Made by a program: the position numbers and the translations under genes. Below the pieces are notes generated by a model. The model was not told the origin of the DNA, searched no databases, and worked only from the letters and a program-made list of their open reading frames with translations. DNA of 64,000 nt, from IMG/VR virus record IMGVR_UViG_3300046009_012017; one strand, 5' to 3'. The DNA comes from an uncultured virus (IMG/VR IMGVR_UViG_3300046009_012017). Lineage: Duplodnaviria; Heunggongvirae; Uroviricota; Caudoviricetes. Below are positions 29,155 through 38,472 of the stretch, in pieces; the stretch's first letter is position 1, and each line of letters opens with the position of its first letter.

Positions 29155-29250
29155 AATAAAGACCAGGGTGGTTGCGATTCCCCTGGTCTTAGATGATACT
29201 CTCGTAACATCACGGTCCTAAGCCGTGTAAAGATGAATTTTTATCTCTTT
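29155..29250 (-). ncRNA. Candidate stand-alone structured small RNA
   Basis: Hairpins CACGG-CTTAGGA-CCGTG and GATG.TAC-GAGA-GTA.CATC, then terminator-like AAGACCAGGG...CCCTGGTCTT plus T run. Confidence 0.55.
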
Positions 29251-29279
29251 ATCTATCTATAATAGGCATATTATTTAAG

Positions 29280-29456
29280 ATGCAGGAAAGAATTAAATTC
29301 CCTCTTGGTGTTAAGTTAGAAGGGGAGAGGCTAGAATTATACAATCTATTAAGAAAAAAATATCCTAAGGACAAGAAAGAAAAACAAATGGAGCTTTGTT
29401 TACAGCTCAACGACAATAGGATAGAAGTATATAAAGAACTGTTTAGTTCTAATTAG
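29280..29456 (+). CDS. Small hypothetical protein (58 aa)
   Basis: Manual translation MQERIKFPLGVKLEGERLELY... Confidence 0.5.
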   Translation: MQERIKFPLGVKLEGERLELYNLLRKKYPKDKKEKQMELCLQLNDNRIEVYKELFSSN

Positions 29457-29503
29457 ATCAGAAAACGTTTTTTATCTCCCAGATTTTTTTCTATATTTGA
29501 AAT

Positions 29504-29749
29504 ATGAACAACTTTTTATTATTTTTTGGGCTACTACTTTTTTCTTCTTGTGTTGATTTTAAGAAGAAAGAGGAAGTTTTTAAGTGTGCTGTTATTTCTT
29601 GTGAGGAAATTCAACCTTCATCAGTTCATGATGATATAAATCGTCCATTAGGATTCAGATTAAAAACATCTTGTGGGAGGACTTTTAGAACAAAAAAGAA
29701 ATATCAGATCGGTGACACCGTAGAAGTTACCAAGGTTACCTACCAATAG
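29504..29749 (+). CDS. Small lipoprotein
   Basis: LLLFSSC lipobox; TATATTTG at 29492. Confidence 0.7.
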   Translation: MNNFLLFFGLLLFSSCVDFKKKEEVFKCAVISCEEIQPSSVHDDINRPLGFRLKTSCGRTFRTKKKYQIGDTVEVTKVTYQ

Positions 29750-29792
29750 TTTTTATCCCAAACTGGGAATATATAATAAAAAATATATTCCT

Positions 29793-30626
29793 ATGTTACT
29801 TAAAAATGGATCTAAGGGAGAAGATGTAAAAAAACTCCAAGAAAAATTGGGCCTTACCGCAGATGGTTCCTTCGGTCCAGGAACAGAAGCAAAAGTTAAA
29901 GAATGGCAAGCAGCTAACGGTCTAAAAGCCGACGGTATTGTTGGCGACGGTACTTGGGCTAAGATGTTTGGTTCAGCACCAGTAGCAGCAGCTCCTGCAG
30001 CAGCTCCAGTTTCTATACCACCTTCAGCTTTCAAGCTAGAAAATTTAAAGGGTCATATTCCTGATGCAGTTCTTGCACAGATCCCAGATACAGCAGCTAA
30101 ATTTAATATCACTAACACATTAAGACTTGCACACTTCTTAGCACAGTGTGGACACGAGTCTGGAGGTTTTAAAGCCGTTTCAGAAAATCTTAATTATTCT
30201 GCCGACGGCCTTAAAAAGATATTCCCAAAATATTTCCCTGGAAATCTTAATGAATCTTATGCAAGACAGCCAGAAAAGATAGCTTCTAGGGTTTATGGAA
30301 ACAGAATGGGCAATGGTGACGAAGCTTCTAAAGAAGGTTTTAAATTTAGAGGTAGAGGCTATATCCAATTAACAGGAAAATCTAACTATGCTTCTTTTGA
30401 TAAATTCGTAGATGACGATATCTTAGGAAATCCGGATTTAGTTGCTACTAAATACCCTCTAATGTCTGCAGCATTCTTCTTCAATAACAATAGCTTATGG
30501 TCAATTTGCGACAGAGGATCAGACGATGCTACAGTTACCGCAGTAACAAAAAGAGTAAATGGAGGTACTATCGGATTACCTGATAGAATCAAACACTTTA
30601 AAGAGTATTACTCATTGCTTAAATAA
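29793..30626 (+). CDS. Endolysin: peptidoglycan-binding domain plus GH19 lysozyme/chitinase-like domain
   Basis: LKNGSKGEDVKKLQ..L...DG.FG..T; RLAHFLAQCGHES, ENLNYS, FRGRGYIQLTG, TKRVNGG. Confidence 0.93.
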   Translation: MLLKNGSKGEDVKKLQEKLGLTADGSFGPGTEAKVKEWQAANGLKADGIVGDGTWAKMFGSAPVAAAPAAAPVSIPPSAFKLENLKGHIPDAVLAQIPDTAAKFNITNTLRLAHFLAQCGHESGGFKAVSENLNYSADGLKKIFPKYFPGNLNESYARQPEKIASRVYGNRMGNGDEASKEGFKFRGRGYIQLTGKSNYASFDKFVDDDILGNPDLVATKYPLMSAAFFFNNNSLWSICDRGSDDATVTAVTKRVNGGTIGLPDRIKHFKEYYSLLK

Positions 30627-30628
30627 TC

Positions 30629-30763
30629 GTGGAAGCTAAAACCCCAATGGGAGGATTTTTTGATGTTTTTATTTCTAAGCTTAAGGAGCAATCTTTCGTG
30701 ATTATCCTTATGCTTGGTGTAATATATTATCAAAATAGATTAATGAACAGAGAATTGTTATAA
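30629..30763 (+). CDS. Short single-TM ORF (holin-like or truncated)
   Basis: GTG start 2 nt after the endolysin stop; FVIILMLGVIYY hydrophobic core. Confidence 0.4.
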   Translation: MEAKTPMGGFFDVFISKLKEQSFVIILMLGVIYYQNRLMNRELL

Positions 30764-30829
30764 GTATGAATTTTAGATACAAGAATTATTGAAATATTGA
30801 GATAAATAATATCAAATAAAGTATAAAAT

Positions 30830-31432
30830 ATGTACACAAGAGAACAGGTTGAGGCTGCCGTTAAAGCCAAGGGATATGTCTATTTCGAAGACGCTAATAA
30901 CAAAGGATTCGATGTTAATATTATTGGGATCAGAAATTCATCTACCGGACAAAAAGTTACTAATGCTTTTGATGATTTATTAACCATATCCTACAAAGAC
31001 GAGACTGGAGCATGGAAATATCATGAATGGCCTGCAACTACAGATCCTGGAAAAAAAGGTGTTCTTGAATATCATAATACTGCTGGTGTAGCTAGATTAG
31101 TTGAGGGACAATACAGAGGATCACATGGAATTGGTTTACACCAGGGAAAATACGAAGCATTAAAGCAAGCTAAACCAGTAAAGGTTTATAGAGACGCTGA
31201 TAAGGATCTAGAATATGACGAGAATAAAATCCAGGAGGGCGTTTTTGGTATCAATATACATAAAGCTGGAGCTGATTCAACATATGTTGAAAACTGGTCT
31301 GAAGGATGTCAGGTATTTAAAAAATCTGCAGATTTTGAATCGTTCATGACGATTGTAAGAAAAGCTAGAGGAATACACGGTAATTCTTTTACCTATACTT
31401 TAATAGAATCTTCAGATATTAAAGCAGCCTAG
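30830..31432 (+). CDS. YkuD/L,D-transpeptidase-like protein
   Basis: GINIH...WSEGCQV resembles the H...S.GC catalytic motif. Confidence 0.55.
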   Translation: MYTREQVEAAVKAKGYVYFEDANNKGFDVNIIGIRNSSTGQKVTNAFDDLLTISYKDETGAWKYHEWPATTDPGKKGVLEYHNTAGVARLVEGQYRGSHGIGLHQGKYEALKQAKPVKVYRDADKDLEYDENKIQEGVFGINIHKAGADSTYVENWSEGCQVFKKSADFESFMTIVRKARGIHGNSFTYTLIESSDIKAA

Positions 31433-31695
31433 TATCTAGTTACTTTAATTCTTAGGGGAGTGGAACCTTTAATAATTCGGTGCCATTCCCCTTTTTTTAT
31501 TTCTATAGTTCCTTCTATTTTAACAGGAAGCTTATTGTCAGATTGAAATTGCCAATCGTTTTCACTAAGGGATTCTATTATTCGGTCTTCCATATCAATG
31601 TGCCATTTTAGCTCTTCGGATTCAGTGTCCGGGCTAAAAGTCCTTATCGATATGTTATCAGATATCCAAGATTCTTCAAATGGTAAATCTTTCAC
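31429..31695 (-). CDS. Cupin-like small protein
   Basis: WH.D.EDR...I.KGEWHRIIKG. Confidence 0.65.
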   Translation of the reverse strand: MKDLPFEESWISDNISIRTFSPDTESEELKWHIDMEDRIIESLSENDWQFQSDNKLPVKIEGTIEIKKGEWHRIIKGSTPLRIKVTRY

Positions 31696-31705
31696 CTCTT
31701 ATATA

Positions 31706-32275
31706 TTATTCAAATCTTTTTTCTGAAGCTATATGATCTAGATATTCATTAAGATTCATCTCTAACCCGTCTTTTTTAATTACAAAGTTTAAGATCCCGG
31801 AATCTATATTTTCTGTAGATGTTCTATCTTCTATAGATTCTATATCTAATCTGAATTTTATATTATCCATAATAGATTTTCTAGTTTCCTCTGTGTTTAG
31901 ATCCCAGGAGTACTTAGATAAAATTTCAGATATTTCTTCTCTAACGATATCAGATTCAGTGCTAGAAGGTAATAGATTGTTTAATTGTTTTATGCTCATT
32001 AAATGAGAAGAAAGCGATGGAACTAGATGGATTTTCATCATTACTACTGGTATCATTGCTGACTCATCTATCCAAGATTCAAATTCAAAGTCTAGAATTT
32101 TATCTTTATGTGACTCAATGTAATCCTCAATAACTTGGATACACCCTTCGTAGTCTTGATTAAGATCCTCGATACTAAATACAAAGAATTTTTTTAACGT
32201 CTGTGGTTCTCTTTGTAATTTTTCTATTTTTTTAAATATTAGATTTCTAATATCCCTCTTTATACTTTCTGTCAT
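31706..32275 (-). CDS. Hypothetical protein
   Basis: 189-aa ORF. Confidence 0.65.
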   Translation of the reverse strand: MTESIKRDIRNLIFKKIEKLQREPQTLKKFFVFSIEDLNQDYEGCIQVIEDYIESHKDKILDFEFESWIDESAMIPVVMMKIHLVPSLSSHLMSIKQLNNLLPSSTESDIVREEISEILSKYSWDLNTEETRKSIMDNIKFRLDIESIEDRTSTENIDSGILNFVIKKDGLEMNLNEYLDHIASEKRFE

Positions 32276-33860
32276 AGAATTCGCTTATTTGTTTAGATCT
32301 ATTGTATTGATGTACTATGCATGGTTTATTTTTACCAGTCTCTATATAATCTTCTTTTATTTCTATAAAATCAGGATCTTTTTGGCAAACTAGTCCTATA
32401 GTTGCTATAAAATCACCACACTTTTTCACTTCCGAATTTTTAAAAAGAATTGTGTTGTTTCTAGCAATATAATTATGTACACCTTGATCGATACCTTCGG
32501 ATTCAATTCCTGGATTAATCTCAATCTTTTCTGACATAATCATAACCATGGATTTAAGATAATTCATTATATTTTTTATGGATCCGATAGTTGTACCTGC
32601 ACATATAATAGGCATATCCCCTATTTTATCCAATCCGCTATTTCCGAAAGTTATAGAAACCCATCTTCTGTTAAAAGAGTTATCTTTTATTTTCTCACCT
32701 TCGTACTCTTCAGAAAATACTATGAATTCTTTTTTAAAGTCGTTCTCAAAAGGATTAGATTGAAAAACTACATCCGTAACATCAGTTATTAAAATGTTCT
32801 TATATTGATCCTTATTTTCAGAAATGAAATCTAGATATTTATAGAATCTGTGTACGTTTAGATTAAAGTTAGTTCTATTTATAGTGTTAAAAGAGCTAGA
32901 AAGTATTGATACGTTGTATTTTTTTAGCAGTAGGACTAATCCTCTATTGGGAGATACATTTGTTATTAGATATACATCATCTGCCTTGTTAAATTCTCTG
33001 AATGATTTAACAAAATTCATTACATCATCTGGTCCTAATCCTATTGCAGTTCCTAAGACTAGATTTTTTTTACTCCTTGTTGGTATTTCGGTATTACCCT
33101 CATGTAGGATTCTCCAATTTTTTGGTAGATCCGGATTTTTTTCTGGATCTTTCCTGTCAAATTTTCTCCATTCCCCGAAAAGATCCTTTCCGTTAGATAT
33201 TGAATCCTCTATATGATTCAGATCCTTGAATTTATCTTTGTTGTATTCCTGGTGTGCAAAATTCTCTAATTTGTTTGCTATTCGTTCGGATCCGCCAAAG
33301 TAAGTTAGGTGCCATCCCCCATTTTCCCACCATTGACAATCAAAAGTTAATCTGCACTGGTCTGGAGTTGTTCCTTTTAAAGTTCCCCAATTAACAACCT
33401 TAGGATGATACCATTTATTTGTAATCTCCTTATTATAGAAATTACCAAAATATGTTATCATCTCCATCTTATTAATACAATTAAGATCGTAAGAATTTTT
33501 TATGTATTCTACTCTTTCTGAATTTAAGATCTCATCTACATCAGTGATAAAAACTATATCCCTATCTGAAAGTCCCAACGAATAAAGAGTGGGCATAAAG
33601 GAATTTCTTTGGAATTTCTCCCTACCCCAAGGATCTGATATATTACTCGGGTAGTACGCTTTAACGTGTATGATTTTATCGATCCATTTTTCAAATCTCC
33701 ATTTGTTTTCTTCGAAAATGAATCTTTTATTCTCTCCCTTATGAGTTTTTTCTGCCTCTACTAATATAAAATGGTCTACAACATCGTATAGTTCGGTAAG
33801 CCTTAGTTCAAGTATTTCTAATTCGTTATAGAATGTAAAACAATCTATTACCTTTTTCAT
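32247..33860 (-). CDS. Two-domain glycosyltransferase: GT17-like N-terminus plus a second GT-A domain
   Basis: DCFTFYNELEILELR, RE.FQRN, DVDEI, GWHL.YFG, K..NFAHQE; second domain RF..Y, TDVTDVVFQ.NPF, DQGVHN, HQYNR. Confidence 0.85.
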   Translation of the reverse strand: MKKVIDCFTFYNELEILELRLTELYDVVDHFILVEAEKTHKGENKRFIFEENKWRFEKWIDKIIHVKAYYPSNISDPWGREKFQRNSFMPTLYSLGLSDRDIVFITDVDEILNSERVEYIKNSYDLNCINKMEMITYFGNFYNKEITNKWYHPKVVNWGTLKGTTPDQCRLTFDCQWWENGGWHLTYFGGSERIANKLENFAHQEYNKDKFKDLNHIEDSISNGKDLFGEWRKFDRKDPEKNPDLPKNWRILHEGNTEIPTRSKKNLVLGTAIGLGPDDVMNFVKSFREFNKADDVYLITNVSPNRGLVLLLKKYNVSILSSSFNTINRTNFNLNVHRFYKYLDFISENKDQYKNILITDVTDVVFQSNPFENDFKKEFIVFSEEYEGEKIKDNSFNRRWVSITFGNSGLDKIGDMPIICAGTTIGSIKNIMNYLKSMVMIMSEKIEINPGIESEGIDQGVHNYIARNNTILFKNSEVKKCGDFIATIGLVCQKDPDFIEIKEDYIETGKNKPCIVHQYNRSKQISEFYDRKYKEGY

Positions 33861-33899
33861 TCGTGTCTATATTATATCAATTTATAGACACTATTAAGG

Positions 33900-34199
33900 C
33901 TATTGTTTCTTTTCCTTTGCTTTTTGAATTGCTTCAGATAGATCTGTAGAACCTATGTGTAAAAAATAAATCTCTGCACATTCGGAAAGAGCCCACACGG
34001 GTTTTAAACCGTCCCATATTCCTTCTGAATCCTTATAAATTATGGGGTATCTTTTTATGTTCTCTCCTATATTTTGGTATATCTCAGTAATAACATCTTC
34101 TGCTCCGTTTGTGACAGACATGTTCCCCTGATTTAGATCTTCGATAACCAAAACATCATCAATAATATTAAAGGTATAGTCGCATTTACATTTCCTCAT
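33900..34199 (-). CDS. Hypothetical protein
   Basis: SVTNGAE.VI, IIYKDSEG.WD. Confidence 0.7.
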   Translation of the reverse strand: MRKCKCDYTFNIIDDVLVIEDLNQGNMSVTNGAEDVITEIYQNIGENIKRYPIIYKDSEGIWDGLKPVWALSECAEIYFLHIGSTDLSEAIQKAKEKKQ

Positions 34200-34265
34200 A
34201 CTATCATAATTTTCCCAATTGTAGAAATTAAAATCCTATTAAAAAAAAGATTAAATATATACACT

Positions 34266-34466
34266 ATGGACTATAGAGAGTATTTAGAAAACGTAAAAAA
34301 GAAGCTGGATTCTTTAAACAAAGCTGCTGGAGTTAATCCCGAAGCAGATAGAGAATTCAAAAAACATATGCAGCAATCAGAAATGCCATCGAATGAAATA
34401 TTTGATATGCTAGGAAATGGTGCTAAAATGTGGATGGAAAAGAATAAAAATCAGAATTTCATGTAA
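34266..34466 (+). CDS. Hypothetical protein
   Basis: 66-aa ORF; AATATATA upstream. Confidence 0.6.
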   Translation: MDYREYLENVKKKLDSLNKAAGVNPEADREFKKHMQQSEMPSNEIFDMLGNGAKMWMEKNKNQNFM

Positions 34467-34514
34467 CTAATTTCTGTTTAGTTAATAAGATTATAAACCA
34501 TTAAATATAAATGA

Positions 34515-35399
34515 ATGCGTGATTTTAAAATAGTCAACCGAATCACTAACATAACAGATAATTTAAATCGATATTTTACAGAAATTTCCAGATATCCTAT
34601 ACTTACACCTGACGAAGAAGCAAGACTAGCAATAAAATCAAGGGAGGGGGATGCAAAATCTAAAGAGATAATCTTAAAATCTAATTTAAGATTTGTAGTT
34701 TCTGTAGCAAAAGCTTATGAATCCCCAAAGGCAAATTTAGAAGACCTAATATCAGAGGGAAACAAGGGACTAGTAGAAGCCATAGAGACTTTCGATCCTA
34801 GTACTGGTTTTAAATTTATAAGCTATGCCGTATGGCACATAAGAAAAAACATATTAATGTATCTTAATAATCATTCCAGGTCAATAAGAATACCAACTAA
34901 CATTAATCATGAAATGAGGAGATACCAGCTGTTAGAGGATGAATTTACCTCCTATAATGGTAGAGAGCCTTCGCTCGAGGAGATGATAGAAATAATAAAA
35001 GATCCAGAAAATGGAATTAAGATCTCTAACAGCACAATAGAAACTATAAAGAATAATCCAGTTTCAATTCCACTAGAAAGCCACGGTAGTAATAATCCGG
35101 ATGAAGATATATTTAGTCCTATAAATTTTATAGAGTCATCAGAGAATAGCGACAGTATAGTTATAGATGAGGACTTTAAAAATATTGTTTTACAGGTTCT
35201 TTCTGAATTAAAGCCTATCGAAAAGGAAGTTATTATGCTGAGATATGGATTGGGAGAAGAAAAGGAACCTATGGAATTTAGAGCTATAGGAGAAAAAATG
35301 GGAAGAACACCAGAGTGGGCTCGAATAATTGCAAAAAAAGCAGAGAAGAGATTTAAGGTGATAGCCAGAAGAAAAAAAATAAGCGGAATTTTTGGCTAG
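34515..35399 (+). CDS. Second, divergent sigma-70 family factor
   Basis: SNLRFVVSVAK, DLISEGNKGL, FDPSTGFKFISYAVWHIRK; region 4.2 reads TPEWARII instead of TRERVRQI. Confidence 0.92.
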   Translation: MRDFKIVNRITNITDNLNRYFTEISRYPILTPDEEARLAIKSREGDAKSKEIILKSNLRFVVSVAKAYESPKANLEDLISEGNKGLVEAIETFDPSTGFKFISYAVWHIRKNILMYLNNHSRSIRIPTNINHEMRRYQLLEDEFTSYNGREPSLEEMIEIIKDPENGIKISNSTIETIKNNPVSIPLESHGSNNPDEDIFSPINFIESSENSDSIVIDEDFKNIVLQVLSELKPIEKEVIMLRYGLGEEKEPMEFRAIGEKMGRTPEWARIIAKKAEKRFKVIARRKKISGIFG

Positions 35400-35710
35400 C
35401 TTAACTCCATTTCGTGTATAGTAAAAGGAAGCTTAGTTCCATATCTATAGTAACAAAAATACTTAAATTCATCTTCTGACATTTGATCTAGATAAAATCC
35501 TTTATCCTCCCAAGGTGAATCCTCACTACCTTCTTTGATATACTTATCAAATATTTCTTTACCCTTTTCTATATCAGATAGAAGGGAACTATTTAGTGTT
35601 TCTTTAATCTTTTCTGCTCTTGGTTTTGATATGGTTACCCTTTCTATCCAAACCTTTCTTTCCTCTCCTTCTATTCTAGATCCTTTAATTAAATAAGCCT
35701 TTTTGTTCAT
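35396..35710 (-). CDS. Hypothetical protein
   Basis: 104-aa ORF. Confidence 0.65.
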   Translation of the reverse strand: MNKKAYLIKGSRIEGEERKVWIERVTISKPRAEKIKETLNSSLLSDIEKGKEIFDKYIKEGSEDSPWEDKGFYLDQMSEDEFKYFCYYRYGTKLPFTIHEMELS

Positions 35711-35772
35711 ATCGCTAATTTAAGAGAAATAGTTTAAAAAATTAAAGATATATAAGAGGTAACATAATAAAA

Positions 35773-36597
35773 ATGAAGTATCTTAAAACACTAAATGAAT
35801 TTAGATCGATGAACGAGCAGTTATTCGGTGACTATGCGGGATCTCTAATGAAACTCCTTGGAGGAGAAGGATTACAGAAGTCTCCTGTTGGGGGTTCTAT
35901 CACAATGAAAGGTGAAGTCTCGGGAGACAAAGCAAAAAATGCTCAGGCAATTATAAGTGCAATGCAAAAACATGAAATAACTAATCCATTCACACAAAAA
36001 GCTATACTCGGTGTTATAGGAAAAGAAACAGGATTTGTGCCTAAGAATGAGACATCATATTCTAATACATCAGCTTCGAGAATAAGAGGTATATTTGGAA
36101 GTCGTGTTGGTGAAATGTCAGATGCTCAAATAGATCAGTTGAAAAAAGACGATCAGGCATTTTATAATAAAGTTTACGGTGGAAGATATGGAAATGCGCC
36201 AGGTGAGGGTTATAAATACAGAGGAAGAGGATTCAACGGTATAACTTTCAAGGGAATATATCAAAATATGCAGAAACTACTAGATAAGCTAGGAAAACTA
36301 GATAGAAAAGTAGATATAGTGGCGAATCCTGATGTTTTAAATGATATAGACGTAGCAGCAGAGACAGCAGTTCTTTATTTCTTAGACAGAGCTTCTAATC
36401 CTAAAATGTATCAAAAATATGGGGTTAAGGATATAAATGCTTTTAAGGATCAAGAGACTGCTTTAAAAGCGATGGTCAACGCAAATGCTGGATGGGGAAA
36501 AGATATCAACAATGACTATCTTGGAAGTTTAGAAAAAGCAAGAGTACAAGCGGACAAGTTTAATATCTCCGATTTAGGGCAAAACAACGTTGCTTAA
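35773..36597 (+). CDS. Leader-bearing GH19/lysozyme-like peptidoglycan hydrolase
   Basis: MKYLKTLNEF..MNEQLF leader; ILG...KETG, GYKYRGRGFNGIT, NPD. Confidence 0.75.
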   Translation: MKYLKTLNEFRSMNEQLFGDYAGSLMKLLGGEGLQKSPVGGSITMKGEVSGDKAKNAQAIISAMQKHEITNPFTQKAILGVIGKETGFVPKNETSYSNTSASRIRGIFGSRVGEMSDAQIDQLKKDDQAFYNKVYGGRYGNAPGEGYKYRGRGFNGITFKGIYQNMQKLLDKLGKLDRKVDIVANPDVLNDIDVAAETAVLYFLDRASNPKMYQKYGVKDINAFKDQETALKAMVNANAGWGKDINNDYLGSLEKARVQADKFNISDLGQNNVA

Positions 36598-36598
36598 T

Positions 36599-36940
36599 TT
36601 ATCTTCTAAATTTATTAGGGAATAGCATTCTCCACTCGTGTCCTTGTGGAACATCCTTAGCTCTAACTCCGAATATTTTTTCTTCTGGACATGGATTCAT
36701 TTCTCTAGCCATTCGGTTATTCATCCATGTTTCTATTTTAATGAAGTTGTTATTACAAGCCCATGTTTCTATCGATCTATTCCATGAAGATCCAACCATA
36801 AAGGGGAAGTTTATGTTGGAATTATTTACAACATCCATTATTTGGCTTCCTTGTAATTCAACTTTAATTTCACCAAAGTTTCTGTGTTTAAGAATCATAG
36901 TTCTTTGATTAAAGTTTTCGTATATTTCTATATGATTCAT
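36599..36940 (-). CDS. Hypothetical protein with MNHIEIYENF leader
   Basis: Leader motif. Confidence 0.7.
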   Translation of the reverse strand: MNHIEIYENFNQRTMILKHRNFGEIKVELQGSQIMDVVNNSNINFPFMVGSSWNRSIETWACNNNFIKIETWMNNRMAREMNPCPEEKIFGVRAKDVPQGHEWRMLFPNKFRR

Positions 36941-37512
36941 TACCATGGATTACTTGATTTTATTCCCAGAAGCTTTCTATATCTTGCTACGTTACAAGCC
37001 CAATACTTAGCTTTCCATTTGGGTCCAGGAGAATCGCATCGCATTCTTTTCTGAAAAGATCTAGCTTTTTTAGGATCGTTGTTGTTTACTCTCATTCCTG
37101 GCTCGCCAAACCCAACTTTAACAACGTTGCCACTTTCGTTTTTGGTGTATACTGCAAATTTTCTAGGGCCTGAAGGAGTTCTGAATGGCTTATTGAGGTT
37201 AACTTTTCTTCCTCTATACTCTGCCTCATGTAGTTCTTCCACATCTTCAAAAGGTATGTCAAGAAGAACCTCTCTTCCTTCATATATTCCCTTTTTGCCA
37301 GCATCCGTGCTAACCAGCCAGATCTCGTCTTCAGTTAGTCCTATTTTATTTCCGTAGAATAAATCCCTTGCCTCGTTAACAAGATCTAACCAAGCTTCAG
37401 ATTCCACTCTAAAAACGCTTTCTAATAAGCTTATATTGTTATCGAAATGATAAGATATATTTTCAGATACAAAATCTTTTTTAAATGAGCTATAAGCTTC
37501 TATATGCTTCAT
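36940..37512 (-). CDS. Leader-bearing phage protein with basic C-terminal domain
   Basis: MKHIEAYSSF; EAEYRG..V.LNKP, KKARSF..RMRC, KYWAC. Confidence 0.75.
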   Translation of the reverse strand: MKHIEAYSSFKKDFVSENISYHFDNNISLLESVFRVESEAWLDLVNEARDLFYGNKIGLTEDEIWLVSTDAGKKGIYEGREVLLDIPFEDVEELHEAEYRGRKVNLNKPFRTPSGPRKFAVYTKNESGNVVKVGFGEPGMRVNNNDPKKARSFQKRMRCDSPGPKWKAKYWACNVARYRKLLGIKSSNPW

Positions 37513-37521
37513 TATTATTAT

Positions 37522-38247
37522 TTATTTGATGAGATTATTTTCTGCTATAATATCTGCGATCATTCTAGATATTTTAGTATCTGAAGGATAATGTATTCCT
37601 GTTACTTCTCTACTATCTGCAATTCTTTTTCCCAGTTCTTGTAAATCTTCTGAAATTTCTGGATATTTATTTGAATAGTGGTCTGCCATAACAAAAGCAG
37701 TAAGTGAGTGTCCACTAGGATATGCTGCAGTCATAGCATTAGTACGAATAAGAGGATAAAGAGGCAAATCATAAGCTTTAGCAAGTTGGTATGGCCTTGG
37801 ACGATTTATAACATCCTTAAGAAAATTTAATATTACGTCGGTTTGATTATCTACCATGAAATATCCCTCCATAGTTTCACTGTATCCTTTAGATTGTAAA
37901 AGATCTATAAACAAGTTAGGAAGATTATTTTGATCGTCAGCATATCTAGCAAAATTGAGATCGTCTCCCGTTGCTTTAGATGTTTTTTCTATTAAAATTG
38001 AGAGATCCTCCTTTGTCGTTTCACTACTATTAAGAGGTGCTTCCTCTATGATTTTTTTAATAAGCCCCTCTTTTTCGAACCAATTTTTTATTGGATCTTT
38101 CTTATCCTCAATAATTTCTTTAAATTCTATAGGAGCATTTCCGTATACTATTCCGTCTATATTTTCACCATCCCTGGTATAGGTGGACGTATCTTTTTCT
38201 AATATAGATTTTTGTTTAAATAGGTTAAAATATTCTATATGTCTCAT
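37522..38247 (-). CDS. PAP2-superfamily phosphatase with leader
   Basis: K....RPRP, YPSGH, SR..TG.HYPSD; GATATATA 7 nt upstream. Confidence 0.85.
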   Translation of the reverse strand: MRHIEYFNLFKQKSILEKDTSTYTRDGENIDGIVYGNAPIEFKEIIEDKKDPIKNWFEKEGLIKKIIEEAPLNSSETTKEDLSILIEKTSKATGDDLNFARYADDQNNLPNLFIDLLQSKGYSETMEGYFMVDNQTDVILNFLKDVINRPRPYQLAKAYDLPLYPLIRTNAMTAAYPSGHSLTAFVMADHYSNKYPEISEDLQELGKRIADSREVTGIHYPSDTKISRMIADIIAENNLIK

Positions 38248-38277
38248 ATAAGACTATATATCGATTAATCCAAACCT

Positions 38278-38472
38278 TTAATCCAGCCACCATGTATCTG
38301 GACACCCGTTATCTTTCCCTAAGCGGTGTTCGTAACCAGGAACTGAATATACAGGGTATAATTTTTTGTCAATCATTATATCAAAAATCTTGTGAACTCT
38401 CTCAAATGGAGCTGATTATGGCTTATGATATTTTTCTATAGCCTGAGCTAATGTTAGTCTTTCCTTACTCAT
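38278..38472 (-). pseudogene. Probable frameshifted and truncated gene remnant
   Basis: MSKERLTLAQAIEKYHKPII stops; the +1 frame continues PFERVHKIFDIMIDKKLYPVYSVPGYEH...WWLD then stops. Confidence 0.45.

Noticed and set aside
29175..29230. Pistol ribozyme (hairpin loop TTAGG pairing with a downstream CTAAG)
   Set aside because: The conserved A-rich linker after P1 and the downstream catalytic arrangement are not evident; the resemblance is limited to the pseudoknot
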